Made by a program: the position numbers and the translations under genes | In this document: piece by piece, positions 19,649 through 29,701 of the stretch | Layout: every line of letters starts with the position of its first letter | Position numbering within the stretch: the first letter of the stretch is position 1 | The notes under the pieces: model-generated | What the model was told of the DNA's origin: nothing | The model's database searches: none | What the model saw: the letters and a program-made list of their open reading frames with translations, nothing else | DNA from: Thermoplasmata archaeon | GTDB taxonomy: Archaea; Thermoplasmatota; Thermoplasmata; Halarchaeoplasmatales; Halarchaeoplasmataceae | DNA: 49,190 nt | Direction of reading: 5' to 3' | Assembly: GCA_019594025.1 (NCBI GenBank) | Contig: JAFDUB010000001.1 | Coordinates: 1-49,190 of the forward strand

Positions 19649-20571
19649 GGACGGATGGACGACAAGAAAGCGAAACAAGATATGTTAGTGTCGTGATACC
19701 TACATACAACCGAGCGGGGATGCTAAAGCGTGCTATCGAATCTGTTCTAAGGCAGAGTTATAAAAATTTTGAGATCATAGTTATAGACGATAACTCCCGA
19801 GACAAAACAAAAGAGACGATGAAAAGCTTCAATGACGACAGAATTCGCTATATAAAAAATAAAGAAAATCTTGGGGGTTCTGCAGCAAGAAATATTGGAA
19901 TAAAGAACGCTAAACATTACTATATCGCTTTTTTAGATGATGACGATGAATGGTTACCTAAAAAATTGGAAAAACAGGTCAAATTATTGAACTTCCTTTC
20001 TAAGGACTTTTGCGGAGTTTATTGCGGTACAGCACGTTATAAAGATGGTAAGCAAATTAAAATTCAAAATCCAATCCACGAAGGAGATATATTCGAGGAA
20101 CTATTATACGAAAACTATATCGGTTCGACTTCTTCGGTGTTGGTCAGAAAGAGCGCTTTGATGGAGGTAGGAGGATTCAACGAAGAGCTACCTGCCAGCC
20201 AGGATCTAGAACTTTATCTGAGATTGGCGAAGAGATATAAATTCAAAGCAGTAAAAGAAGTTCTGTTAAAATATCATCTACATGAGAGTGACCAGATTAA
20301 AAATAATTTATCCGGATATCTACAGGCTAAAAAATATGTCTATGAAAAGTATAAGGATGATATAACTAAAGATAAAAGATTGTGGAGTGTCAACCTATAT
20401 CAGATCGCCATAGTCGAGTTACTGATGGGAAGAAAAAAACGTGCAAAAAAATTAGTTAACAGGGCATGGCGCATAGATCCGATGAACTTGAAACATCTTT
20501 TCGTATCTACTTTACTTTACATATCTCCCCGATTGTATTTGATGTTCAGAAACTGGTTCTCAAAAGAGTAG
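19645..20571 (+). CDS. Glycosyltransferase family 2
   Basis: VSVVIPTYNR, IDDNS, AARNIG, FLDDDD, QDLEL. Confidence 0.92.
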   Translation: MRTDGRQESETRYVSVVIPTYNRAGMLKRAIESVLRQSYKNFEIIVIDDNSRDKTKETMKSFNDDRIRYIKNKENLGGSAARNIGIKNAKHYYIAFLDDDDEWLPKKLEKQVKLLNFLSKDFCGVYCGTARYKDGKQIKIQNPIHEGDIFEELLYENYIGSTSSVLVRKSALMEVGGFNEELPASQDLELYLRLAKRYKFKAVKEVLLKYHLHESDQIKNNLSGYLQAKKYVYEKYKDDITKDKRLWSVNLYQIAIVELLMGRKKRAKKLVNRAWRIDPMNLKHLFVSTLLYISPRLYLMFRNWFSKE

Positions 20572-20640
20572 GTCGATGATATGTAAAATCTTAAAAAGCG
20601 CACAGTTATTATCATAACGAAAAATTATAGGTAAAGAAAA

Positions 20641-22098
20641 ATGTCTAAAAAATTGTATACCGATATGGTGAGTACCACAGGCGCATATATCTTTGTAACT
20701 GTTGTAGGTGTAATATCCGGCGTTCTGTTCCCTCGGTTGTTGGGCCCGGATGAATGGGGCTTATGGGCGATAACGGTAGGCTTGGTTGGTATTCTTGGAC
20801 CTATTGCACAGTTAGCTATGAGTACCACCATTGTAACGTACATATCAAAATATAAAAAAGACAAAAAAAAGGTAACATCACTTGTGAACTCCGCCTATGT
20901 AGTAGCGATAATTGCGAGTTTTACAGTGTCTGTATCCCTGATCCTTCTTAGTGACTATTTAGCCGGGTCGGTATTTGGAGATGTAAGATTGAGAACTTTC
21001 TTTTTGCTGGGCGCTGGAATAATCTTCCTTGACCAATTAAATATAATAAATAGGGATTATTTTAGAGGGTTTAAAAATTTTAAGATGTACAACGCACTCA
21101 AAATCATCCCTACTTTATCGTTATTTTTACTCACCCTTTCACTTATTGTCCTTTTTTCTTACAGGGCGATACACTTGGTAATTTCTCAAGTAATTGTTTT
21201 TTCCATCACTTGCATATTGGTATTGGTCTACCTATTTAGATATGAATCTACTTTTAAACAGTTTAAGATACCTAGGAAAAAAGAAACTGTAATGATATTG
21301 AAGTTCGGTATACCATTGATATTCGCCATGACTTTCATCACTATCATGAAATCTATAGATCGTATGTTGATCGGTTATTTTTTAGGTACCATCGATGTAG
21401 GCATATATTCTGTCGCATCCGTTATACCATTGATGCTGGCAAGCGTGCTAGCCCCCATAAGTATCGTTTTACTTCCCACCTTTTCTGAGAGGAAGGTAGA
21501 AGGTATATCTTCTTCAACGCTTCTTAATGAAATACTATCGTTGTTATTATATATATCAATACCTTTGATAATATTCATACATATTTTTAGTGAAGATATA
21601 TTGTTGATCGTTTATGGTACGGAATATACCATAGGCGCATTGGTCTTATCGATCGCCTCATTTGAAATACTTCTCTTCGGCGGATACATACTATTCAGAA
21701 CATCGGTACAAGCGGCAGAAAAGACCGTTAAGATGGCACTAGGTATCGGCGGTGTAGCCGGCACGAATATAGTATTAAATGTGATATTGATACCTCGGAT
21801 AGGCATAGAAGGTGCCGCGCTAGGCACAGTTTTCTCTTTCGTTCTTCTATTTTTCTTCATGATCTACGAGGTAAAGAACAATTACAACTTGGACATCTCA
21901 AAAATAGACGCGAACTTTCTCACATTATTAGCTCTTTCTTTGCTTATATCTGGTTTCCTTATTCATAGATTCTTTAGCGGGTTTTATTCCTTTACCCTCG
22001 CCCTGATAACTTTCATCGGTATATGGTCGTTATTTGTCCATATTTCGTCTCCTAGGTGGTATAAAGAGATGATGGGCTATATACGAGATTTATTTTGA
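20641..22098 (+). CDS. Oligosaccharide flippase (Wzx/MOP superfamily)
   Basis: ~14 TM, RLLGPDEWG, IDRMLIGYF...VGIYS, LIPRIGIEGAA. Confidence 0.88.
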   Translation: MSKKLYTDMVSTTGAYIFVTVVGVISGVLFPRLLGPDEWGLWAITVGLVGILGPIAQLAMSTTIVTYISKYKKDKKKVTSLVNSAYVVAIIASFTVSVSLILLSDYLAGSVFGDVRLRTFFLLGAGIIFLDQLNIINRDYFRGFKNFKMYNALKIIPTLSLFLLTLSLIVLFSYRAIHLVISQVIVFSITCILVLVYLFRYESTFKQFKIPRKKETVMILKFGIPLIFAMTFITIMKSIDRMLIGYFLGTIDVGIYSVASVIPLMLASVLAPISIVLLPTFSERKVEGISSSTLLNEILSLLLYISIPLIIFIHIFSEDILLIVYGTEYTIGALVLSIASFEILLFGGYILFRTSVQAAEKTVKMALGIGGVAGTNIVLNVILIPRIGIEGAALGTVFSFVLLFFFMIYEVKNNYNLDISKIDANFLTLLALSLLISGFLIHRFFSGFYSFTLALITFIGIWSLFVHISSPRWYKEMMGYIRDLF

Positions 22099-22100
22099 TC

Positions 22101-23099
22101 TCAGCTAGACATTATATAGTTAATACTGATCTCAGATATATCCGATGCATAGGAACCGGTTCGGGAAATACTTTCAATTATGTAAGATAGGGGGGCAACG
22201 TCCTCCCGGTGCTCTTCCTTAATGTTTTTCATGAGCTCATCGTTTATCTTATCCAATTTCTTTCGCATATCGATGGAATGATTTGCATCATCTAAATTTT
22301 CTTCAAAGAATGCCTCAGATGCCTCTTCCATTATCTCTAAAGCTAGCTCACTTTCCTTTTTTATCCCATTTTTGAGTTCCTCTCCAAACCCATCAGAGAG
22401 CATCAATGTATTCTCGGCTATGCGAGCTGCGTGGTCTCCTATTCGCTCCATGGTTCGGGAGACAAGCATGTAACTCAAACTCCTTTCTTTCGATATCTTT
22501 AAGCTTTCAAGTAATCGTGGATTCGTAAGAACCATGTTGTAATGTTTTGTGATCATCCAGAACAATCTGTCACAGTCCGTATCTCTGGATATAACATCCT
22601 TAGCTAGCTCTTCATCATTCTCTAAAAATGCTTTAATCGCGTCCTGGTGCATCTTTTTTACTATCAAATACATCCTCCTTAACCCCTTTCTCTGGGAGAA
22701 CTCCGATGGATCGATGAGATCTTTAAGAATTACTCTGCTGTTGGACTCCTCGATTATCTCCGGGCCGATAACCATCCTTGTAAACTGCATTATAGCACTT
22801 CTTAATTCCGGCTTAATTTCTCCCTTAGCCTCCAATTTGATTTCGGAATAACCTGCCATGTACGTACCGATTAGAGACCTGATCAACGACGTGGGACTTT
22901 CCTTTGAAATATCCATTTCTTTAACATTCGCCTTTTTCTCGAACTCCCTTTCAGGGCTAACCACAATCGAGCCGTCGCTTTGAATGGATAGAACTACTGG
23001 ATCACCCGGCTTCAACTCTTTATCTGTCACCCATGGTTTAGGAAGAGAGACTATAAACGTAGAACCACCGGTTAACTGTACCTTTCTAGTTTCAATCAT
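22101..23099 (-). CDS. phoU: Archaeal phosphate-uptake regulator: AbrB-like N-terminus + PhoU domains
   Basis: RKVQLTGGSTFIVSLPKPW; D...DRL; ERIGDHA. Confidence 0.9.
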   Translation of the reverse strand: MIETRKVQLTGGSTFIVSLPKPWVTDKELKPGDPVVLSIQSDGSIVVSPEREFEKKANVKEMDISKESPTSLIRSLIGTYMAGYSEIKLEAKGEIKPELRSAIMQFTRMVIGPEIIEESNSRVILKDLIDPSEFSQRKGLRRMYLIVKKMHQDAIKAFLENDEELAKDVISRDTDCDRLFWMITKHYNMVLTNPRLLESLKISKERSLSYMLVSRTMERIGDHAARIAENTLMLSDGFGEELKNGIKKESELALEIMEEASEAFFEENLDDANHSIDMRKKLDKINDELMKNIKEEHREDVAPLSYIIESISRTGSYASDISEISINYIMSS

Positions 23100-23118
23100 C
23101 GAAAGCTTAGCGTTCGAT

Positions 23119-23148
23119 ATCTATTTAGTTTTACCGCAATCTATTTAG
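23119..23148. promoter_or_regulatory. Direct repeat ATCTATTTAG x2 upstream of phoU
   Basis: Identical 10-mers at 23119-23128 and 23139-23148. Confidence 0.45.
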
Positions 23149-23158
23149 AAAGAGTGGT

Positions 23159-23848
23159 TCATTTGTTTTCTGTTGTTGCAACCAGCATATCGGCGACGTT
23201 CTCCGCATGGTCCGCTATTGAATCCATCCTATCAACTACCTTCAAAAGATGTATCGCGGTAAGGGGACTTTCGTCGTAATTGAATAACCATCGGGAAATT
23301 CTAGATTCTATTTTATCCGCTTCGTATTCCATCTGACATATCTGTTCATGTAACTCTCTAGTTTTTTCCTTAGATGATTTGCTGAAAGAGGTATTGAGCA
23401 CCTCGGTAAAAGTGTCCATAATCATATCATATGCTTTAGCGGCATCGAATATCTTGTCTGCGAATTGCTTGAAATCGTCGGATATGGTTTCGGGAATTTC
23501 TTCTTTCCTCATGGGTAATAGAACGCTCACGTTTTCAGCATTATCTATGATAGCGTCCGCTTCTTTCAACAATTTCATAAAGTCCTCTCGCCTCATGGGC
23601 ATGAAAATGAAGCGGGGTAGGTTTTCCCATATCTTCATCTTCACTTGATCTGCTTTGTGTTCTATTTTAGAGACCTTTTCAAAGTGGTCTTCCGCCATCT
23701 CAAATTCACCATCAACATACAACTTGATACCTTTTTTGAGCTCTTGTATTCCCAATTTGGTCAACTCTGCATGCTTACAAAGTCCATCGAAGGGTGATTT
23801 AAAGAAGGTATCTTCAAGACTTGCTCTCCTAAATTTTGCTCCCATCAT
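23159..23848 (-). CDS. DUF47 family phosphate transport regulator (Pit accessory)
   Basis: EHKAD, EYEAD, IADHAEN repeats; adjacent to pit. Confidence 0.88.
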   Translation of the reverse strand: MMGAKFRRASLEDTFFKSPFDGLCKHAELTKLGIQELKKGIKLYVDGEFEMAEDHFEKVSKIEHKADQVKMKIWENLPRFIFMPMRREDFMKLLKEADAIIDNAENVSVLLPMRKEEIPETISDDFKQFADKIFDAAKAYDMIMDTFTEVLNTSFSKSSKEKTRELHEQICQMEYEADKIESRISRWLFNYDESPLTAIHLLKVVDRMDSIADHAENVADMLVATTENK

Positions 23849-23866
23849 TTACACCTCTTTCTACCA

Positions 23867-25117
23867 TTATACAAAAAAATTCATTCCTAAATAGATTATT
23901 ACGCAAGTTATAGCTGCGATTGGCACCGTTATTAGCCATGAGATTACTATCCTCCTTATAACTGATAAATCTATCGCTTCTAACCCCCTTGCCAATCCCA
24001 CGCCCACCACCGCACCAACTACGGTATGACTAGTTGAGATCGGCATTCCCAGTTTACTAGCTACAAGTATCGTCGTTGCCGCACCGAAGTCAACGGCAAA
24101 ACCCCTGCTATTCGTCAGTTTGGTAACGCTAAAACCTACCGTTTTCATGACACGGTAACCCCAGGTAGAAATACCGATAGCTATACCTACCCCGCCCATC
24201 AGCAGCAGGTAATTTCCGCTTAAATAAAAAGGAAGAGGTTCACCTATAGGCATTGCATTTTCCACAGCAAGCATTAAAGGCCCGATGGCATTTGCAACGT
24301 CGTTGGCACCATGAGAGAATGCCACGAAACAAGAAGTGATTATCTGCAGATTCTTAAACACATTTTCGACACCCTCGTAATCATCTCCCCTTTCTATCCC
24401 TCTTACAAGGATCGGTTTTCCGATTATACCAAACAACCCGCCGATAGCTAATGATAGTACGATAGCTTCGAGGTTCGTTGGATATCTGCCAAATAATCTA
24501 AATGAAAGTGCCGTCTGGTACAACAAAGATAATGAAATTATAAAAAAGGTGGCTCCTATGAAAAGGGGACTTATTTTTTTGATAGTATTAAAAGGGTCTT
24601 CACTGTTAAAAATAATCCGAACTATTAGGCTGAATATGAGAAAGGAGATGATCGCCCCGGAGATCGGGGAGGTTATCCAACTCAATATTACTCTTCCCAA
24701 TGTATCCCATCCTATTATAGATGGTCCTCCGGCAACCAAACCGAAACCCAGCATCGCTCCAATGATCGAATGGGATGTTGATATGGGGAGAGATTTCCAT
24801 GTAGCAACCGTTACCCACAATGCGGCGGCAATAACCGCGGATAAAGAACCTAAAGCTAGAGCGGTCCTTGGGACTGCTTCAGGGTCGAAAATTCCACCCT
24901 TTACAGTCGCAGTGACGTGTTCGCCTACTAAAACTGCTCCCAACACAGTTAGTATCGATGCGATAATAATAGCCTGTTTGTATGTTATTGCCTTTGCACC
25001 TACAGCGGTGGACATGGAATTAGCAACATCGTTAGCACCGATGTTCCAAGCCATGTAAAGGCCGCCGGCTAGGGCGGTAGCCAGTACTGCGGCCTGAAAA
25101 GTTATAGAACTTAACAT
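23867..25117 (-). CDS. pit: PiT-family inorganic phosphate transporter
   Basis: Two GANDVAN motifs and two PISTSH motifs. Confidence 0.95.
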   Translation of the reverse strand: MLSSITFQAAVLATALAGGLYMAWNIGANDVANSMSTAVGAKAITYKQAIIIASILTVLGAVLVGEHVTATVKGGIFDPEAVPRTALALGSLSAVIAAALWVTVATWKSLPISTSHSIIGAMLGFGLVAGGPSIIGWDTLGRVILSWITSPISGAIISFLIFSLIVRIIFNSEDPFNTIKKISPLFIGATFFIISLSLLYQTALSFRLFGRYPTNLEAIVLSLAIGGLFGIIGKPILVRGIERGDDYEGVENVFKNLQIITSCFVAFSHGANDVANAIGPLMLAVENAMPIGEPLPFYLSGNYLLLMGGVGIAIGISTWGYRVMKTVGFSVTKLTNSRGFAVDFGAATTILVASKLGMPISTSHTVVGAVVGVGLARGLEAIDLSVIRRIVISWLITVPIAAITCVIIYLGMNFFV

Positions 25118-25155
25118 ACAATAGGTGCTAAATGGAGTACATATTTCAATTTACC

Positions 25156-25181
25156 TTATATAGTCTATATATACTATATAG
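25156..25181. promoter_or_regulatory. AT-rich repeated/palindromic element upstream of pit
   Basis: TTATATAG (25156), CTATATAT (25165), CTATATAG (25174): 9-bp period, overall inverted repeat TATATAGT-N8-ACTATATA. Confidence 0.5.
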
Positions 25182-25191
25182 AAGTTTATTT

Positions 25192-25875
25192 TTATTCCAC
25201 TATAGTTCCATGGAAGTCTTTATCACCGATAGCTGAAGATAAGTTCTCTAAATCATCCCCTGAGAGGATGTAGGCTTTGATCCGAGCTCTTTTAATTATC
25301 TTCGCAGCTAAGGGATCGAAAACAACGTTCGGCCCGGCACCGCCTTCGACCTTTTCTACTATGGATATCAATGAATCATAGTCCAGTTCATCGTACCTCT
25401 CCGCCTTTTCATTCTTACGCGGGTCCTCGGAGTAAACACCGTCTACCGAGGTGACGTTGATGAGACGTTTACATCTAAGCCTCTCGGCCAGCATGGCGGA
25501 GACCGCATCGGTGGTATGTCCAGGGTGTGTCCCGCCCATTACCACCATCGGGTAATGCCTGCCGGCCATCATGGCTTCGTGGAAGTTTCTAGCCGGTGTG
25601 GGGTTAACGTCTTTTCCCAAAGCTAGGGAAAGTAATTTGGCGTTTAGACGTGAAACTGATATGCCCAACTCGTCCAATGAAGCTTCGTCAGCTTCTAATT
25701 CTCGACCCCAATTGATATACTTCCTAGCGATCCAGCCTCCTCCGACAACAAGATAAAGTGAATAGGATTTAGAGCATATTCGAAGAGTATCGGCTAGAGA
25801 TCGCAGGTAAGATACATCACGGTCCTTGGGTAACATTATAGACCCACCGATAGATACTACGATTTCTTCTTTCAC
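25192..25875 (-). CDS. pyrH: Uridylate kinase
   Basis: SIGGS, VGGG..AR.YI, MGGTHPGHTTDAV, VDGVYSEDP, FDPLAAK; GTG 25875 with AGGTG SD. Confidence 0.95.
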   Translation of the reverse strand: MKEEIVVSIGGSIMLPKDRDVSYLRSLADTLRICSKSYSLYLVVGGGWIARKYINWGRELEADEASLDELGISVSRLNAKLLSLALGKDVNPTPARNFHEAMMAGRHYPMVVMGGTHPGHTTDAVSAMLAERLRCKRLINVTSVDGVYSEDPRKNEKAERYDELDYDSLISIVEKVEGGAGPNVVFDPLAAKIIKRARIKAYILSGDDLENLSSAIGDKDFHGTIVE

Positions 25876-25925
25876 TGTAACACCTGTAGGGATAAAGTGA
25901 TTTGCTATATAAATGGATACGGTAA

Positions 25926-28900
25926 TCACTCCTTTTTCTTGGTGACTAAAGAGAAAATCGTTATACATAGCAGTATAACGATAAACCAGCCTAAACTGGT
26001 GAACTCAGGTATGTTGGGTGAGATCATGAACGGCTCTAAACGTATCGAAGTGTCGATACCTGATAGGATATTGGTATGCTCCATCTGGAAATCCCATGAA
26101 TCTTCAGTTCGGTTATAGGTCCATGAGGCTAGAGTGTCGTCCATCATAGCTACAAGGAAAATGTCTCCTCTTGTATCCTGTATAAGCTGTATCCTCTCCG
26201 GATAGTCCACGTTCTCGTAAGTTATACTTCCAATCTCTCCCCAGTTTCCTTCGTGGTACCTGCGGTATACTGGATATCCATATTCTTCAGTACCCCAGAC
26301 GAGTATAACTGTGTCCTGAACCGAGGAATCGTACAACAGGTCGAAACATCTGTTCCCCAACGTGAAAGTGTCCTGATCATGAGTTGTTTCGTCTACAAAG
26401 TTGTTGTCTTCGATCTTTAATGTTTTCAAAGGCCATGAGTTTTCAGTCTCATAACTCACCGCTATGGTCATTCCATCTCCGCTGGGATCCGGTGCAACCG
26501 ATATCCATCTGCCTTCTCCTCCAATATCGTAGCTGAATTCCGTTCCCCAACCCTCCTCAGGTCTCCACAATCTCATGTACAATTGACTGCTGCCGTCCCT
26601 GCCCCACACAAACAGAGCGTTACCCGCGTTATCGAAGGTAATGTCCTCACTCGGTAGTATCTCCCCATTCATCGCTGGTACCGGCCCATCGTCCAAAGCC
26701 TGTAGGTCGATCATCTCGTTCCCGTCCCATATCAAGCCGACTCGATGGTTATTTTCGAAATGGAATGTGTTATAAGCAGTTAAAAAGATGGCGATATCGT
26801 CGCTGACTGGTGAAGAGGATGTTTCGATCCAGTCTATTTGACACATGGCCCGGGCGAGATCGTACATGATTTCTTCCGACCACGACGCATTTTCCCTGTC
26901 CCACGTTCTATAGTTGAAGAAAGAACGAGGCTCGTCTTCATCCGCGGTAGCGTTGTAGTAGATTATATGCCCCTGTCCGGTGAGACCCTCGTAGGCCACA
27001 TCGAAAACTCGATGTGTACTGTCAACTCCTATGTTCATGGCGATGGGTTCTGCACCGGTCCAATCTGTTCCATTCCAAACGTTGGCAAATATATGAACCC
27101 CTCCATCGGCGTCCTCCACTTGAACCGCAATTATCTTTTCTTCCAAAGTAGGATTCTGCCGGTTTACCAACCATTGTATTTCAGGTCCACCAATTTGCCC
27201 CTCTTCGGTTCCACCCCAGTTCTCCCCATCCCACCATGAGTACTCGAAGTCTCCATCTCCGATTCCATAGGATATCAAAACCTCCGACATCTCCTCCATG
27301 AGCTCTTCGTAATCCCGGATCTCAGCATTCCGAACTGACCTATGAGGTGAAAGAACAACCCGATCCCCTCGTCCTTCCCAGTTGATTGTTTTGATGAGAC
27401 CGGTTTCAAAAGATGTACCACCAGCATAAATTTCCAGTTGATTGTACCATTTAGCACACTCCGGTTCGCTCTCTTCCTCTATCCATTCACCGTTTTCATT
27501 ATAGTAGGAGGTAACATAAAGTATTTCGCCGTACTGCCCCCTTACAACCACTTTTCTGTCCGCGTCGCTGCCGTTATATAACATTCCAGAACCATCTTCG
27601 TCTATGTAAAATATGACTTCATCTTCTCCAGATATTCTTTCAACCACGGGGTCGGGTTCTACAGGGTCGGGCTCGTAATCTGGAGTGTACACATCAACCC
27701 CTTCCGGTATGGCGGTTCCCTGGAGAACCCTGCCTCTTGTTTTCACGTAAAAGAAGATATCCTCCTCGATATATCCATATTCTATAATATCAACGTTAGC
27801 TGGTAGGTTGTATTCCACACTGTGCTCCTCTTTTAAATCCTCCCATTCAACAAAAACACCGTCTATTTGCGCTTCATATGAAACTTCTTCAAAATAATAG
27901 GAACGTGGTTCACCGGATATCGTTGTCACAGCTTCAGTTTCCACATCCTTTACCTGTACGGTAATAATCTCATCGGGGGTCGCGGTACCGTTAACTGTAA
28001 TTCTTATGCTGGTGTTTTTCTCCACTAACAAGGGATAATCTACATCAACCTCTACGGTCTCGAAATTACCGTTAAATGAGATGTCTTGAACCGTCACTTC
28101 ATCACCTCTAGCGGTCAAGTTAAGCACCAGTATGTCTTCATCAGGCGAGATCACATGGTCGTTTACAGGACTGTGTTGATAAATTGACAATGAAGGTTTT
28201 CCGGGGACGATGACATGGTCGCTGTGAGCCTCTACTCCCTTTGAATCCCTTGAGACAATATATATTTCTACGTCCTCTTCGTCCTGAACGGTAACGTGAG
28301 GAATCGAGAACTCCAATTCGTTTTCCACTTTAGCGACGTCTATATTACCTATAATCTCCCAATCATTCCAGTTTCTTTGGTCGGTTCGATTTTCGTACTG
28401 ATATACAGCTCCAAAAATTTCATTCTCCCATCCCTGCACCTTTACCAGATAATTAGCCTTTATGGTGGGTGTGTAGTAATGGTTTTGGTCTTCGTCCGTG
28501 GTGATATTAAGGAAGAAGTAGAATGAATCCATGTTCCCTTCTTCATCTCCAACCAGTATTTCCTCCTCCGTTCGGATATAGAAGAACAAACGTTCGTCAC
28601 AAGTAGTCACAGCGCTTTCTTCGATGCTGACGCTGGACGATATCTCTTCAAGTTGGAAACTATAGGTGTCTATTTCTCTCCAATCTTCAAAATCACCGTC
28701 AATGACCATCCTTTCATCATCTTCGAAGGGAGAATAGAACAAGAAAAAGGCAAAGGATGATATTATTATCAATGTAATAACGAAAAGTGCGACGGGAGCT
28801 TTTTTCCTTTCTGTTTTCCGTCTCTTCGTTTTAACGGGTCCTGCGGATTTTCTTCCATTAACTAAACCACCTCCAATCTCCACATCCCTTGCACGCAAAC

Positions 28901-29639
28901 CGTTTACTTTACCCTCCCTAGGTTCGTCCTTTTCTTTTTTCTCGGCAATGGGCATGTACACTTTTTTAGGCTTTTTTTCTTGTCTCTTCTTCTCTTCTTC
29001 TAATTTGGATAAAAGCCCGTTCGCTTTTTCACAAGCGTTTTTGTAATTGTGTAATATAAGCTCCTCTTCTATCTTGTCGATATCTTTCGAGTATTTATCG
29101 AGTGATAGATGGTCTTTTTGCTCTTTCCAGATGTCTTTTATTCCTTCAAAATCCTTATTGGTCTTTTTTAAATATCCTATGTCTCTAAGTATTCCGTAAA
29201 GTCTCTCCCACTCTTTATCGGTTACACCATGGCTTATCTGCCGATGTATATCCTGTAACTCTTTTTCAAAGTAAGCACGGTGATCGTTGACCACCACTCC
29301 CGCTTCAATACCTTTTTGTATTGAATTTTCAACCTTTTCAATCACTTTATTTATATCCTTTTTTTCCTTCTCCTCTTCCTCACAATGGGTGCATGATCCT
29401 TCCGATTCGATAGGTTCACCACAGTTTTCACAAACCTCCATATCTGCTAGTATCTCTTTAACGTCTTCCAATATTCGCCGAGCTGTTTTTGGCCCGATGC
29501 CCTTTACTTTCTTTAGCTCTCCCTCATCAAGCTCCGAAAGGTCCTTTAAGGACTGAACTGCAAGTTCATCCACGATTGTATTAGCGGTGGTTTCTCCTAT
29601 CCCTTTTATCTGTTGAAGATGGTGGATTATTTTTCCCAT
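25926..29639 (-). CDS. Large membrane-anchored protein: HhH x2 + Zn ribbon + helical region + TM + large acidic exterior region + PEF-CTERM-like tail
   Basis: IKGIGETTA and VKGIGPKTA; CENC-x9-CTHC; TM VALFVITLIIISSFAFFLFY; IDGDFEDW/IDGVFVEW; Trp-rich repeats; IPEF-hydrophobic-KKKE terminus. Confidence 0.8.
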   Translation of the reverse strand: MGKIIHHLQQIKGIGETTANTIVDELAVQSLKDLSELDEGELKKVKGIGPKTARRILEDVKEILADMEVCENCGEPIESEGSCTHCEEEEKEKKDINKVIEKVENSIQKGIEAGVVVNDHRAYFEKELQDIHRQISHGVTDKEWERLYGILRDIGYLKKTNKDFEGIKDIWKEQKDHLSLDKYSKDIDKIEEELILHNYKNACEKANGLLSKLEEEKKRQEKKPKKVYMPIAEKKEKDEPREGKVNGLRARDVEIGGGLVNGRKSAGPVKTKRRKTERKKAPVALFVITLIIISSFAFFLFYSPFEDDERMVIDGDFEDWREIDTYSFQLEEISSSVSIEESAVTTCDERLFFYIRTEEEILVGDEEGNMDSFYFFLNITTDEDQNHYYTPTIKANYLVKVQGWENEIFGAVYQYENRTDQRNWNDWEIIGNIDVAKVENELEFSIPHVTVQDEEDVEIYIVSRDSKGVEAHSDHVIVPGKPSLSIYQHSPVNDHVISPDEDILVLNLTARGDEVTVQDISFNGNFETVEVDVDYPLLVEKNTSIRITVNGTATPDEIITVQVKDVETEAVTTISGEPRSYYFEEVSYEAQIDGVFVEWEDLKEEHSVEYNLPANVDIIEYGYIEEDIFFYVKTRGRVLQGTAIPEGVDVYTPDYEPDPVEPDPVVERISGEDEVIFYIDEDGSGMLYNGSDADRKVVVRGQYGEILYVTSYYNENGEWIEEESEPECAKWYNQLEIYAGGTSFETGLIKTINWEGRGDRVVLSPHRSVRNAEIRDYEELMEEMSEVLISYGIGDGDFEYSWWDGENWGGTEEGQIGGPEIQWLVNRQNPTLEEKIIAVQVEDADGGVHIFANVWNGTDWTGAEPIAMNIGVDSTHRVFDVAYEGLTGQGHIIYYNATADEDEPRSFFNYRTWDRENASWSEEIMYDLARAMCQIDWIETSSSPVSDDIAIFLTAYNTFHFENNHRVGLIWDGNEMIDLQALDDGPVPAMNGEILPSEDITFDNAGNALFVWGRDGSSQLYMRLWRPEEGWGTEFSYDIGGEGRWISVAPDPSGDGMTIAVSYETENSWPLKTLKIEDNNFVDETTHDQDTFTLGNRCFDLLYDSSVQDTVILVWGTEEYGYPVYRRYHEGNWGEIGSITYENVDYPERIQLIQDTRGDIFLVAMMDDTLASWTYNRTEDSWDFQMEHTNILSGIDTSIRLEPFMISPNIPEFTSLGWFIVILLCITIFSLVTKKKE

Positions 29640-29701
29640 GTTCTGGATTTTTTACATGTGAATAATCCTCTAAATAGTTTTTGGAAAATAAGTTCCGATA
29701 A

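Noticed and set aside
25876..25968. N-terminal extension of pyrH overlapping the large surface protein gene
   Set aside because: Homology begins at GTG 25875, which has an AGGTG SD
27645..27675. Short repeat encoding EPDPV twice
   Set aside because: Ordinary Pro-rich linker within the surface protein
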